64,000 nt of DNA, from assembly GCA_965214605.1 (NCBI GenBank), contig OZ243961.1, positions 3,328,001 through 3,392,000 of the forward strand, written 5' to 3'. Positions 39,858 to 49,891 of this stretch are shown here, in pieces; the first letter of the stretch is position 1, and every line of letters begins with the position of its first letter. Position numbers and translations under genes: made by a program. The notes under the pieces are model-generated. The model was not told the origin of the DNA, searched no databases, and was given only the letters and a program-made list of their open reading frames with translations. The DNA is from an uncultured Candidatus Binatia bacterium (GTDB lineage: Bacteria; Desulfobacterota; Binatia; Bin18).

Positions 39858-41177
39858 CTAAGTGTCGGGAGACGCGATTTTTCCCCGCACGCTGCCTGCG
39901 CTGACGCGGCTCAGGTGGACCAACACCTCGCGATTCATGTGCTCGTCGCCGCCCGCGGCCAAGACTCTCAGATAGTTGCGACTATAGCCCTTGAGGAGTC
40001 CGGTGGTCTTGTCTCGGCCGTGCTCGAATAAGACCGGCAGAGTGTGACCGATGAACCGGCTGGCAAACGCGGCTTTCTTGCGCTCGCCAAGCTTGCGTAC
40101 CTGGCGGGCACGACGGGCAATGGTCGGCTTGGGGACGGTATTGGTGAACTTTGCCGCGGTAGTGCCGCTCCGGGCGGAATACGGAAAGACATGAAAATAG
40201 GTAAACGGGCTGTCTTCAAGAAAACGATAGCCCCGGACAAACTCTTGCTCGCCCTCGCCGGGGAAGCCGACAATCAGGTCGGTTCCAAGGGCAGCCTGGG
40301 GCAAGCTGTCTCGGAGACGGGCCAGCACGTCACCGGCCAGGGCTTGATCATAGCGACGGCGCATGCGGGCTAAGATGCGGTCGTCGCCCGATTGGAGTGG
40401 GATATGGAGATGGGGACAGACGGTCTGGGCCTGAGCCAGGAGACGGATGAGGGCTGGGCTGAATTCGTGCGGATCAAGCGAACTGAGCCTGACCCGGGGG
40501 ACCGGTTTGCGCTCTTCAATTGCCGCCACCAACCAGGATAAGTCGATCCGAGGATCTAAATCGGTTCCATAGCCTCCGAGGTGGACGCCGGTTAGGACGA
40601 TTTCTTGAAAACCCTGGTCGGCCAGACGGTCGAGCTGCTCAAGTACGGTTCGGGGGGAGACGCTACGGCTCTTGCCGCGTGACATCGGTACGATACAAAA
40701 CGTGCAGAAGAGGTCACAGCCCTCTTGGATCTTTAAAAATGCCCGGGTCTGACCCTGAAATGTCTGGGCCCCGAACGTCTCGATATGTGAAATTTTGCGC
40801 AGGTTGCTGACAGCGATGGGGGCTGGCAACTCGGCGGTCACGGCTCGGAGGATATCGTCTAGCCGGTTGAGGCCGATCACATAGTCGATCTCGGGGAGGC
40901 GCGCGACCGACTCGGGCGCGACTTGGGCATAGCAGCCGGTCATAATGATCCGGGCCGATGGATTCCGGCGTTTGGCGCGACGGACGAGTTGACGGCTCTC
41001 GGCGTCGGCCTGATTGGTGACCGTACAGCTGTTGACAATATACACATCGGCCGTGTCGGTAAACGACACCAGACGGTGACCGGCCGCGCTGAGCCGATCC
41101 GCAATTGTTGCCGTATCGTACTGGTTGACCTTGCAGCCCAGGGTGGTCAGGCCAACCCGCAGAGCGGACGGTGACAT
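39858..41177 (-). CDS. mtaB: tRNA t6A37 methylthiotransferase
   Basis: TLGCKVNQYD, NSCTVT, TGCYAQ and KIQEGCDLFCTFC. Confidence 0.93.
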   Translation of the reverse strand: MSPSALRVGLTTLGCKVNQYDTATIADRLSAAGHRLVSFTDTADVYIVNSCTVTNQADAESRQLVRRAKRRNPSARIIMTGCYAQVAPESVARLPEIDYVIGLNRLDDILRAVTAELPAPIAVSNLRKISHIETFGAQTFQGQTRAFLKIQEGCDLFCTFCIVPMSRGKSRSVSPRTVLEQLDRLADQGFQEIVLTGVHLGGYGTDLDPRIDLSWLVAAIEERKPVPRVRLSSLDPHEFSPALIRLLAQAQTVCPHLHIPLQSGDDRILARMRRRYDQALAGDVLARLRDSLPQAALGTDLIVGFPGEGEQEFVRGYRFLEDSPFTYFHVFPYSARSGTTAAKFTNTVPKPTIARRARQVRKLGERKKAAFASRFIGHTLPVLFEHGRDKTTGLLKGYSRNYLRVLAAGGDEHMNREVLVHLSRVSAGSVRGKIASPDT

Positions 41178-41180
41178 GGC

Positions 41181-42317
41181 TTACAGCGCTCCCTCAATCC
41201 AACCGCCCCCCAAGATTTGGTCGCCGGCGTAAAAAACAACCGCCTGGCCGGGGGTTACGGCCGGACAGCCGTGCTCAAACCAGACCTTGGCCGTTCCGTC
41301 CGCTTGGGGGACAACCCGGGCCGGGGTAGGCGGATGGCGGTAGCGAATCTTGACACTGGCCCGTAACTCTTGGAGCTGTTGGCCGGCGATCCAGCTGACG
41401 TCCTTGGCGTGCAGACCGGAGGTGCGGAGCTGGTCCTTGGTGCCGACCGTCACCCGACCCGTTTGGGCGTCAATATGCGAGACGTACACTGGTTGGGCGA
41501 GCCCACTGAGGCCCAGACCACGGCGCTGGCCAATGGTAAAGCGATGAATACCGCCGTGCGAGCCGAGCTGGTGTCCGGCTTGATCGACCATCGTACCGGG
41601 CGTAAAACGCTCGGACGACAGGCGTTGCTCCAAAAAGCGAGCATAGTTACCGTCTGGAACAAAACAAATATCCTGACTCTCGGGCTTCTGGGCAATCCGC
41701 AGGCCGAGCTCATCGGCTTTAGCCCGAACCTGAGCCTTAGTCAGATGCCCAACCGGGAACAGCGTCCAGGCCAGCTGGGTCTGGCTCAGCGTAAACAGAA
41801 AGTATGACTGGTCCTTGGCCCGGTCGATGCCGCGCCACAGCTGGTACTGGGCCGTTTGGGCGTCATAGCGAATCTGGGCGTAGTGACCAGTGGCAACATA
41901 CTCGGCATCAAGCTCTCGCGCCCGCTGCCGCAGGAGGTTAAACTTGAGGTCTCGGTTACACAGCAGGCACGGATTCGGGGTCCGACCCTGCAGATATTCC
42001 TTACTAAACACGTCGATCACAGAGCGCTGAAAGGCGTCTTTGAGATTGAGGACGTAGTAGGGAATGTCTAACTGTTCGGCCACTCGACGGGCGTCTTGAA
42101 AATCATCAATCGAACAGCAACTGCCCTCATGGCCCTCGGCCGCGCCGGCCAGCAGCATGGAGATCGCAATTACTTCATAGCCGGCTTCGACCAACAGGGC
42201 TGCGGCGACCGCGCTATCAACCCCCCCGCTCATGGCTGCCAGCACACGCTTGCCGGGGAGGGCAGACGAGGTGGCGGCCAGTGGCTGAGCGGGCCTCTTG
42301 TGCTGCGTCTGATTCAT
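41181..42317 (-). CDS. mnmA: tRNA 2-thiouridylase MnmA (CxxC+C type)
   Basis: AMSGGVDS, TPNPCLLCN, ATGHYA, KDQSYFL, SQDICF and PGQ. Alternative GTG start at 42401. Confidence 0.96.
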   Translation of the reverse strand: MNQTQHKRPAQPLAATSSALPGKRVLAAMSGGVDSAVAAALLVEAGYEVIAISMLLAGAAEGHEGSCCSIDDFQDARRVAEQLDIPYYVLNLKDAFQRSVIDVFSKEYLQGRTPNPCLLCNRDLKFNLLRQRARELDAEYVATGHYAQIRYDAQTAQYQLWRGIDRAKDQSYFLFTLSQTQLAWTLFPVGHLTKAQVRAKADELGLRIAQKPESQDICFVPDGNYARFLEQRLSSERFTPGTMVDQAGHQLGSHGGIHRFTIGQRRGLGLSGLAQPVYVSHIDAQTGRVTVGTKDQLRTSGLHAKDVSWIAGQQLQELRASVKIRYRHPPTPARVVPQADGTAKVWFEHGCPAVTPGQAVVFYAGDQILGGGWIEGAL

Positions 42318-42397
42318 CGCTTGTCTCTCAAAAAGTGAACGCTGACAGAGGTAATCATGTTCTCGTATCGCCCTTTCCTTTACGACATCAGTATCGT

Positions 42398-43552
42398 TCA
42401 CTCTGGGTGCGCCGCCGCCCGTACCCGCTCAACGATTCCGGGCAAGACGTCGAGGACTCGGTCAATGTCCTGCTCGGTGGTATCTTTGCCCAGGCTGAAA
42501 CGAATCGCACTCTTGGCCGCCCTCGCATCGCGGCCGAGGGCCAGCAGCACGTGCGAGGGTTCAACCGAGCCCGCGGCGCAGGCTGAACCAGTCGATACGG
42601 CAATGCCGGCAAGGTCAAGCCCCATCATCAATCCCTCTCCTGAGGCACCCGGAAATTCAAGGTTGAGGGTATTGGGAAGACATTCCCGGTGGGGCGTATT
42701 GCGGACCACGCCCGGTACGCTGTCCTGGATTCCGGTCCACAGAGTGGTGGTCAGTTCGATCAGACGAGCCGATACGGCCTCCAACTCATAATCGGCTCGG
42801 ACGGCCGCTACGCCAAAGCCAACCGCGGCAGCGACATTTTCCGTACCAGCTCGCCTTTCGCGCTCCTGTGGACCGCCCCGTAGGACGGGAGCCAGGGTCG
42901 TCCCTTTGCGCACGTAGAGCGCCCCAATGCCTTTTGGGCCGTAGATTTTATGGGCCGACAGAGAGACGAGATCTGCGCCCAACTCGTCCATATCCAGCGC
43001 CAACTTACCGGTTGCCTGGACCGCATCAACGTGCAGAACGACGCCCTGTTGGCGAGTCAGCCGACCGCAGGCTGCAATGGGTTGCAGCGTTCCTAGCTCA
43101 GGATTGGCCAGCCCGATACTCACCACAGCCGTGTCTGGACGTAGGGCCGCAGCCAAATCGTCAGCTCGTATCCGTCCCTGACCGTTGACCGGCAAAAGCG
43201 TCCGGCTGAAGCCCTCCCGCGTCAACGCCTGGACGGTTTCAAGAATCGAAGAATGCTCGACCGGGGTGGTAATGATATGGGTCTTGGACCAGCTCTGGGC
43301 ACGCACCGCCCCACACAGCGCAAGGTTATTGCTCTCGGTGCCCCCGCTGGTAAATATTACCTCGGCCGGCTTGGCCCGGATGCAAGCCGCAAGGTGCTCC
43401 CGCGCTTCTTCCAACCCTTGCTTGGCACGACGTCCCGTCCGATGCGTGCTGGACGGATTGCCAAAGTGGGTGTGCAGGTAGGGCAGCATGGCCTCAAGCA
43501 CTTCTGGCCGCAGCGGCGTGGTGGCGTTATGGTCCAAGTAGATCTGGTGCAT
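42398..43552 (-). CDS. iscS: Cysteine desulfurase (IscS/NifS group I)
   Basis: YLDHNATTP, FTSGGTE, SAHKIYGPKG and STGSACA. Confidence 0.92.
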   Translation of the reverse strand: MHQIYLDHNATTPLRPEVLEAMLPYLHTHFGNPSSTHRTGRRAKQGLEEAREHLAACIRAKPAEVIFTSGGTESNNLALCGAVRAQSWSKTHIITTPVEHSSILETVQALTREGFSRTLLPVNGQGRIRADDLAAALRPDTAVVSIGLANPELGTLQPIAACGRLTRQQGVVLHVDAVQATGKLALDMDELGADLVSLSAHKIYGPKGIGALYVRKGTTLAPVLRGGPQERERRAGTENVAAAVGFGVAAVRADYELEAVSARLIELTTTLWTGIQDSVPGVVRNTPHRECLPNTLNLEFPGASGEGLMMGLDLAGIAVSTGSACAAGSVEPSHVLLALGRDARAAKSAIRFSLGKDTTEQDIDRVLDVLPGIVERVRAAAHPE

Positions 43553-43558
43553 AGGTGC

Positions 43559-44209
43559 TTATTCGGACTCCCAGCCGTGCTCACCGCGAAGTTTAACAAA
43601 CCGGCACTCGCCCCAATACTCTTCGCGTATACTGTCAGGCTCTTTCCAGACACACACCAGAGTTTGGAGGTCTTGCTCCCCTATGGGGACAACGAGACGT
43701 CCGCCTAGCCGAAGTTGATCGAGCAACGGACGGGGGAGGCCCGGAGCGGCTGCGCCAATCACTGTCGCGTCAAACGGGGCATGCTCCGGCCAGCCTAGGC
43801 TGCCGTCCCCAATGTGGGCTTTCACGTTGTGATAACCGAGGTCGTGTAGGGTTTGCTGGGCTCGGACTGCCAGGCTGGGGATGATTTCCACCGAATACAC
43901 CTCAGCGCCCTGTTCGGCCAGGATTGCGGTTAGGTAGCCGGAACCGGTACCGATTTCAAGCACCTGTTCGTCCGGGGCTAATTTCAACACCGCGGCCATA
44001 TGGGCGATCATATACGGTTGGGAGATCGTCTGGCCTTCTCCTATGGACAGTGGATGATCGTCATACGCCTGATCCCGTAGAGCTTCCTCAACAAACAGAT
44101 GACGTGGCACCCGCCGCATAGCGGCCAAGACTAGCGGGTCGTTCAGCCCTCGCTCAATCAGCTGCTCCTGGACCATCCGATGACGGGCGCGGGTGTAGTC
44201 TAGGGCCAT
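43559..44209 (-). CDS. pcm: Protein-L-isoaspartate O-methyltransferase
   Basis: VPRHLFV, GQTISQP, LEIGTGSGY and APFD. Confidence 0.96.
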   Translation of the reverse strand: MALDYTRARHRMVQEQLIERGLNDPLVLAAMRRVPRHLFVEEALRDQAYDDHPLSIGEGQTISQPYMIAHMAAVLKLAPDEQVLEIGTGSGYLTAILAEQGAEVYSVEIIPSLAVRAQQTLHDLGYHNVKAHIGDGSLGWPEHAPFDATVIGAAAPGLPRPLLDQLRLGGRLVVPIGEQDLQTLVCVWKEPDSIREEYWGECRFVKLRGEHGWESE

Positions 44210-44952
44210 GGCAGTTGCGTGTCCCGCATGATTTGCAAAGCCTGATAGTTGGTCAGATCAACCTGGAGCGGAGTGACAGAGATATAGCCCTCGTTGATAG
44301 CAATACAGTCGCTCCCCTCCTCCGGGTCAAAGCCGAGGTCATCACCGCCGATCCAGTAGTAGTGTTTACCCCGCGGATTGGGACAGATCTCGATTTGCTC
44401 TCCATAGCGACGTTTCCCCTGATGGGTGAAGCGGTAGCCTTTGAGTCTGAGCCGGTCCAGGTTTGGGACGTTCACATTCAGCAGGGTTTTGGCTGGCAGG
44501 CCGTGGCTCGCGATGTAGGCGGCGAGGCTGGCGGCAAATTCGGCGGCCGGGCCAAAGCGGTAGTCGGTATGCATGCCGACGACTGACACGGCAAACGACG
44601 CAATGCCCAACAGCGCCCCCTCAATGGCCGCTGCTACCGTTCCTGAATAGGTAATATCGTCGCCAAGATTCGGACCTTTATTAATCCCCGACACCACCAT
44701 GTCCGGCCGGACTGGTAAAAAGCCTTTGACCGCCAGATTCACACAATCGGTCGGCGTGCCGTTGACCGCAAAGCGGCGTGGGGCGATTTCGTCAATACGG
44801 AGCGGGCGGTGTAGGGTCAGGGCGTGGCTGATCGCATTCCGCTCCCGGTCGGGCGCCACAGTATACACCTCGCCGACGGTCTTGAGCGTCTCTTCCAGGG
44901 CCTGAATTCCCTCAGAGTGAATGCCATCATCGTTGGAGACTAGGATGCGCAT
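44200..44952 (-). CDS. surE: 5'/3'-nucleotidase SurE
   Basis: SNDDGI, GTPTDCV, SGIN.G.N and YSGTVAAA. Confidence 0.97.
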   Translation of the reverse strand: MRILVSNDDGIHSEGIQALEETLKTVGEVYTVAPDRERNAISHALTLHRPLRIDEIAPRRFAVNGTPTDCVNLAVKGFLPVRPDMVVSGINKGPNLGDDITYSGTVAAAIEGALLGIASFAVSVVGMHTDYRFGPAAEFAASLAAYIASHGLPAKTLLNVNVPNLDRLRLKGYRFTHQGKRRYGEQIEICPNPRGKHYYWIGGDDLGFDPEEGSDCIAINEGYISVTPLQVDLTNYQALQIMRDTQLPWP

Positions 44953-44976
44953 GGCTTCATTTCAGCAGAAAGCCGG

Positions 44977-45014
44977 AAAAAAGAAAAGGCGATTGGTCCA
45001 GCCAACCGCCTTTC
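44977..45014 (-). terminator. Intrinsic terminator after tRNA-Pro
   Basis: Minus strand AAAGGCGGTTGG-CTGGA-CCAATCGCCTTT followed by a T run. Confidence 0.75.
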
Positions 45015-45022
45015 GGGAGACA

Positions 45023-45096
45023 TCGGGGTGAGCCGATTTGAACGGCCGACCACTCGCACCCCAAGCGAGTGCGCTACCAGGCTGCGCCACACCCCG
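45023..45096 (-). tRNA. tRNA-Pro(GGG), CCA not encoded
   Basis: Minus strand CGGGGTG...CTCGC-TTGGGGT-GCGAG...GTTCAAAT...CACCCCG-A. Confidence 0.96.
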
Positions 45097-45108
45097 CTAT
45101 GTGTGTTT

Positions 45109-45138
45109 GTCATATCCCCGGTGAGGCAAAGGGGTCAA
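45109..45138 (-). promoter_or_regulatory. Putative tRNA-Pro promoter
   Basis: Minus strand TTGACC-N18-TATGAC, ending 12 bp before the tRNA. Confidence 0.4.
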
Positions 45139-45992
45139 GGGCCTTGTCTGGCCTAGACCGCCAAAAGGCCCCGGCCATTCTCCCTCGCCTGACCCGCAGG
45201 TGTGTCATTTCTGTGCAGAGGCAGGCGGTTTTGACCTCTCGGCGGACAGCTTCGGCAATGAGTGCCCAAGCGTTCACGGAGATCGTACGGGCACAGCCAA
45301 CCGTCTTCAACGACTCAGGCCAAGGTTTTGCCGGACAAGCGGGGGCCACTGCGTGAAGTATGGGCGTCGCCTTGCAAACGAAATCTGTACAAAGGAAGTA
45401 TGCTGACACGACAAATCGGCATAGATAGCTGGCTTGTTGCGCTTAATCCCCCCCTTTGGTGTGGCGGGAGGGCGGCTGAGGCTTTTTGCTCGACAGGGCA
45501 CCAGCGCTCCGACGGCGCTTCTTTTCGAAACCGTGGAGATAGCAGCAAGGGATTGCCGCTCGCCCTCGGGGTTGCGTTGGTAGACATCCGGGGTTTCGGT
45601 TTTGTCGCTTGATTAAGGGAAGCAAGGCCATGGTGCTGTACAAATATCGGGAAACTGGCGGGAGCCTGTTCGTTGCCGGGAAGAAGACACCGACCGATAT
45701 TGATTTCCTTGACCCTCACTCAGTGACCAAATATAGGGAGAGGAAAGACCAGGATGAGGAGGGACACTAGAGACAATCAAGGAGGGACCCCTAATGGACA
45801 ACCCGCTGGAGGAGTCATCAGGCGGCACAAGACCTAGGAGGAATACGTCAAGTGCTGTTTGACATTTATCAACGAAAAATTGAGCATCTCGGTCGAGATG
45901 ACTAGTGAGTCTGCGGGAGCCAAAGACTCAGGATCGCACGAGGGGGGGTGAGGACGAAGTATCTCAGCTGACAAGCCAACAAGGAGAGAGAT

Positions 45993-46364
45993 ATGCCACG
46001 CTACCGGGGCGGCTGCCACTGTGGTCGGGTACGATTTGAGCTCAGCGCCTGGATCGACGAGGTCATTGAGTGTAACTGTTCGATCTGCACGAAGAAGGGC
46101 TTTTTACACCTGATCGTTGAACCGGAGCAGGTTCACATGTTGAGCCCCACCAATGCGGTCAGCCTATATCAGTTCAACACCAAAACCGCCAAGCACTATT
46201 TTTGTCCAGTGTGTGGGATTAGCGCTTACTACATCCCCCGCTCACACCCGGACAAGATTGATGTCAACGTGCGCTGCCTAGAGGGCGTGGAGCTGGAAAA
46301 GCTGACGATTGTCCCGTTTAACGGCCGAGAGTGGGAAAAGAGCAGGGCTAGTCTTGATCGATAG
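45993..46364 (+). CDS. GFA/CENP-V family zinc protein
   Basis: GGCHCG, CNCSIC, FCPVCG and PRSHP. Confidence 0.93.
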   Translation: MPRYRGGCHCGRVRFELSAWIDEVIECNCSICTKKGFLHLIVEPEQVHMLSPTNAVSLYQFNTKTAKHYFCPVCGISAYYIPRSHPDKIDVNVRCLEGVELEKLTIVPFNGREWEKSRASLDR

Positions 46365-46374
46365 AGGGCCCCTC

Positions 46375-46590
46375 TTAGTCCAAATCGAGCGTAATAAACC
46401 GATACCCCAGCGACTTGCCGTGGGCGACTAGGCTGTTCCGAATGGTGGGCTTGAGCAGTTTCACCCGATCCTCAGCCGGTGCTTGGATACAGACTGTTTT
46501 GCCTTCAATGCGGACTTGATATAAGGGGAGCCCGAGCGAACGGAAGACCGCGGCCCAGGGGGCTGACGGGTTGGACGTCGTGTGCGCCAT
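46375..46590 (-). CDS. Stand-alone LarE C-terminal-domain-like small protein (71 aa)
   Basis: Ungapped 57-aa match to the C-terminus of the larE in this window, 15 identities by hand alignment. Confidence 0.7.
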   Translation of the reverse strand: MAHTTSNPSAPWAAVFRSLGLPLYQVRIEGKTVCIQAPAEDRVKLLKPTIRNSLVAHGKSLGYRFITLDLD

Positions 46591-46636
46591 AAGCCGTAAC
46601 TGTACTACAAAATCACATGCTGACAAAGGAGCATCT

Positions 46637-47290
46637 ATGGCAGAAGCCGGGGTGATCTTTGATCTCGACGGTGTGTTAATTGACTCCGAGGGCTTATACT
46701 ACCGGGCCTATAGTGAGGTCTTACAACCCTATGGCGTCACAATCAGCCAGGAAGAATACGAACAGCACTGGATTGCAACCGGCACTGGACCGGAGTATAT
46801 CGTCGCCAAACATGAGCTGGCGGTTTCTCCTGAGGAACTCCGTAAGCTGCGCTCGCCCATCTATTTAAGGTTGTTGGAGCAAGAAGTCCGGCTGATGCCG
46901 CACGTTGAGCAAGCCCTCGCCCGGCTGGCCTCGTATTTTGCCCTGACAGTGGCCACCAACAGCAATCGGGATGCCCTCGCCCTGATTCTCCAACGCTTTG
47001 GCATTGCCCGCTTTTTTCCGGTGACCGTCGCCCGCCAAGACTATACCGGCGCCAAACCTCTCCCTGATGCCTTTTTGACCGCAGCCCGTAAACTCGGGCT
47101 CGCGCCCACCCAGTGCGTGGTCGTGGAAGATACCTACAAAGGCGTGATGGCGGCGGTTAATGCCGGTATCGCCTGCATTGCCGTCCCCAATCAGTACACC
47201 CGACGAAACGACTTTAGCAAAGCCGACCTGCTCCTCTCAGACCTGGGAGAATTAAGCCCGGCCATCGTCCACACGCTCATCAACGGGTGA
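46637..47290 (+). CDS. HAD-IA family phosphatase (beta-PGM-like)
   Basis: FDLDGVLIDSE, ATNS, KPLPD and VVEDT. Confidence 0.93.
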   Translation: MAEAGVIFDLDGVLIDSEGLYYRAYSEVLQPYGVTISQEEYEQHWIATGTGPEYIVAKHELAVSPEELRKLRSPIYLRLLEQEVRLMPHVEQALARLASYFALTVATNSNRDALALILQRFGIARFFPVTVARQDYTGAKPLPDAFLTAARKLGLAPTQCVVVEDTYKGVMAAVNAGIACIAVPNQYTRRNDFSKADLLLSDLGELSPAIVHTLING

Positions 47291-47412
47291 CTGATAGACG
47301 CCGGCGCAATGGCGTATTCTCTCTTCCCTCTGTGTCTCTTTTCCTCTATTCTGGGCTGCGCACGGCCAGGACGGGAAAAACGACTTGAGAACGCCAACAA
47401 GGAGAGGAAGAC

Positions 47413-48270
47413 ATGCCGGTAGAGTCACGCGATTGTTATGTTGAAGCAAACGGACTGAGGTTTCATTACCTCGACTGGGGAGACCCCGCCAATCCCCCGC
47501 TCGTCCTCCTCCACGGGGTGGGCCAAACCTGTCATACCTGGGACTTATTCGCAGCCGCGATGTCCTCCCACTTTCACCTTATGGCCTTTGACCAACGTGG
47601 CCACGGCGATACCGACTGGGCTGCCGATAAAGACTACTCGCGCCAAAGCATGGTCAAAGATGTTGGAGCGTTTACCACCGCACTTGGTCTGGAGCGCTTT
47701 TTTCTTACCGGGATGTCAATGGGCGGAGCGAACTCCCTGTCCTTTACCGCCAAGAATCCGGACCGGGTTGAAGCTCTGGTCGTGGTTGATGTTGGCCCGC
47801 GGGTCGAGAACAAAGGCGTGCAAAATATCCGCAACTTTATGAGGGATTTCCGTGAGTTTGATTCCCTGGATGAAGCCGCGGCGGTCATCCACAAGTTCAA
47901 CCCCCGGCGTCCTTTAGAGGTCATCCGCAAATATACCGTGGTCTACAACCTCAAGCAGCTGCCCAGCGGCAAGTGGACCTGGAAATACGACACCTATTTC
48001 AGTGAGGGGCACAGCCGGATCGATGTCAAGCAGATGCAGGAGGAGCTGTCCGAAGAAGTTAAAAAGATCACCTGTCCGACGCTGTTGGTCAAAGGCGCGG
48101 AAAGTGACGTGCTGTCGCTGGAGGGCGCCCGTCTGCTCCAATCCGCCATTCCGGACTCGGAGTTTGCGCTAGTCGCTGGCGCGGGCCATTCGGTGATGGG
48201 CGATAATCCGCCTGGGTTTGAGGGAGCGGTGCGGGAGTTTTACCTCAACAAGGGCTATCTCACAGCCTAA
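47413..48270 (+). CDS. Alpha/beta hydrolase
   Basis: LLHG, DQRGHG, GMSMGG nucleophile elbow and AGH. Confidence 0.92.
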   Translation: MPVESRDCYVEANGLRFHYLDWGDPANPPLVLLHGVGQTCHTWDLFAAAMSSHFHLMAFDQRGHGDTDWAADKDYSRQSMVKDVGAFTTALGLERFFLTGMSMGGANSLSFTAKNPDRVEALVVVDVGPRVENKGVQNIRNFMRDFREFDSLDEAAAVIHKFNPRRPLEVIRKYTVVYNLKQLPSGKWTWKYDTYFSEGHSRIDVKQMQEELSEEVKKITCPTLLVKGAESDVLSLEGARLLQSAIPDSEFALVAGAGHSVMGDNPPGFEGAVREFYLNKGYLTA

Positions 48271-48313
48271 AATCACCAGGGCACGGCTGTGTTTCTTTCC
48301 AGAAAGGTGTGTG

Positions 48314-49105
48314 ATGGAGCTTGGACTACAAGATAAAGTCGTCATCGTCGGCGGGGGCAGCAAAGGCATTGGAAGGGCGACTGCTTTAAGATTTGCCCGT
48401 GAAGGAGCCAGGGTCACTCTTGCTGCCCGCAATCCCGACCAGCTGAACAGTGCCGCCCAAGAGATTCGTCAGGACACCGGCGCGGAGATCCTGGCCGTGC
48501 CGGGTGACCTCTCACAGGCTGAGGCAACCGAGCGGGTGGTGGATGAGACGCTGGCCCAATTTGGTACCGTGCACGTGCTGGTCGCCAATACTGGCGGTCC
48601 GCCAATGGGCGGTTTTGACAATATGGATGACGCGGCCTGGGAGCAAGCGTTTGCTCTTAACTTTCTTAGCACAGTCCGGTTAATGCGACGGGTCCTGCCG
48701 TATATGAAAAAGCAGAACTGGGGCCGCCTGTTATCCGTGATGTCGATGTCGGTCAAAGAGCCAATTGATGGCTTGATTCTGTCAAACGGCGTTCGTCCAG
48801 CAGTTGTCGGTATGGCCAAGACCCTGTCACGCGAGGTTGGCAAGCATAATATCACCGTTAATACGGTCCTGCCGGGCCTGATTCTGACCGATCGTTTACG
48901 CAGCGGCATCGCCGCCCGGGCCGAGCGAACCGGCCAGTCGTTTGATCAGGCATTGCAAGCCAGTGCCGCCACTATTCCCCTAGGACGGGTTGGTGATCCC
49001 CAAGAGATGGCCAACGTCATCGTCTTTCTGGCCTCTGAAGCGGCGAGTTACGTGAACGGGGCTAGTATTCAGGTTGACGGCGGGGTGGTTCGCGGACTGC
49101 TCTAG
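48314..49105 (+). CDS. SDR family oxidoreductase
   Basis: GGGSKGIG, NTGGP and PLGRVG...VDGG. Confidence 0.92.
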   Translation: MELGLQDKVVIVGGGSKGIGRATALRFAREGARVTLAARNPDQLNSAAQEIRQDTGAEILAVPGDLSQAEATERVVDETLAQFGTVHVLVANTGGPPMGGFDNMDDAAWEQAFALNFLSTVRLMRRVLPYMKKQNWGRLLSVMSMSVKEPIDGLILSNGVRPAVVGMAKTLSREVGKHNITVNTVLPGLILTDRLRSGIAARAERTGQSFDQALQASAATIPLGRVGDPQEMANVIVFLASEAASYVNGASIQVDGGVVRGLL

Positions 49106-49118
49106 AGGCTTGTTCTCT

Positions 49119-49889
49119 ATGGACGCCATTCTCTCGGCCGCGATCGAGGCGGCCAAAGCCGGTGGTGAGATCGCCCAACACTATTTTTGTACAAACCTCA
49201 GCGTCGAAACTAAGGCCGATCGCACGCCAGTAACTCGCGCTGACCGTGAGTGTGAGGCGTGCATTACCACAATGTTGAGTCAACGCTTTCCAGATCACGG
49301 CTTCCTGGGCGAGGAGCTAGGGGAGCGACCGGGCAAGGGCGAAGCCCGTTGGATCATCGATCCGATCGACGGCACCAAGAACTTCATTCGCGGCATTCCG
49401 TTTTTCGCCGTCCTCATTGCCCTGGAAGAAGCCGCAGAGATTACGGCTGGGGTGATGTATGCGCCGGCGCTCGGTGAGCTGCTCTACGCACGAAAAGGCC
49501 AGGGGACGTTTGCCAATGACCGGCGGGTTCAGGTCTCCGATATCGAACAGTTGGACCGGGCGATGCTCATCCACGGCGGCTTGAATGATCTGAGAGCCCG
49601 CCCTTGCTGGACGGCTTTTTTATCGTTGGTGGATGGGAGCGCTCGCCAGCGCGGGTTTGGCGATGCCCTTGGCCACAGTCTGGTGATTTGCGGCCAAGCC
49701 GAGATCATGCTTGAGCCAGAGATCAAACCCTGGGATGTGGCGCCGACCAAGATTCTTATCACCGAGGCGGGGGGGCGCTATTCTGACTTTACCGGCAGTC
49801 CTTCAATTTATACAGGCACGGCGGTTATTTCGAATGGACGGGTCCACGACGCTGTCCTCGCCACGCTGCAAGGAAAAGGGGGAGCATAA
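49119..49889 (+). CDS. Inositol monophosphatase family (histidinol-phosphatase HisN-like)
   Basis: TPVTRADRE, GEE, WIIDPIDGTKNF and WDVA. Confidence 0.88.
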   Translation: MDAILSAAIEAAKAGGEIAQHYFCTNLSVETKADRTPVTRADRECEACITTMLSQRFPDHGFLGEELGERPGKGEARWIIDPIDGTKNFIRGIPFFAVLIALEEAAEITAGVMYAPALGELLYARKGQGTFANDRRVQVSDIEQLDRAMLIHGGLNDLRARPCWTAFLSLVDGSARQRGFGDALGHSLVICGQAEIMLEPEIKPWDVAPTKILITEAGGRYSDFTGSPSIYTGTAVISNGRVHDAVLATLQGKGGA

Positions 49890-49891
49890 GC

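Noticed and set aside
45023-45096. tRNA-Pro as a genomic-island attachment site
   Set aside because: Its 3' side runs directly into a terminator and surE; no duplicated 3' end or integrase.
45440-45615. Possible riboswitch (e.g. c-di-GMP) in the intergenic region
   Set aside because: Consensus elements such as GGCAAAC...GAAA...GACGCAAAGC are not present in the right arrangement.
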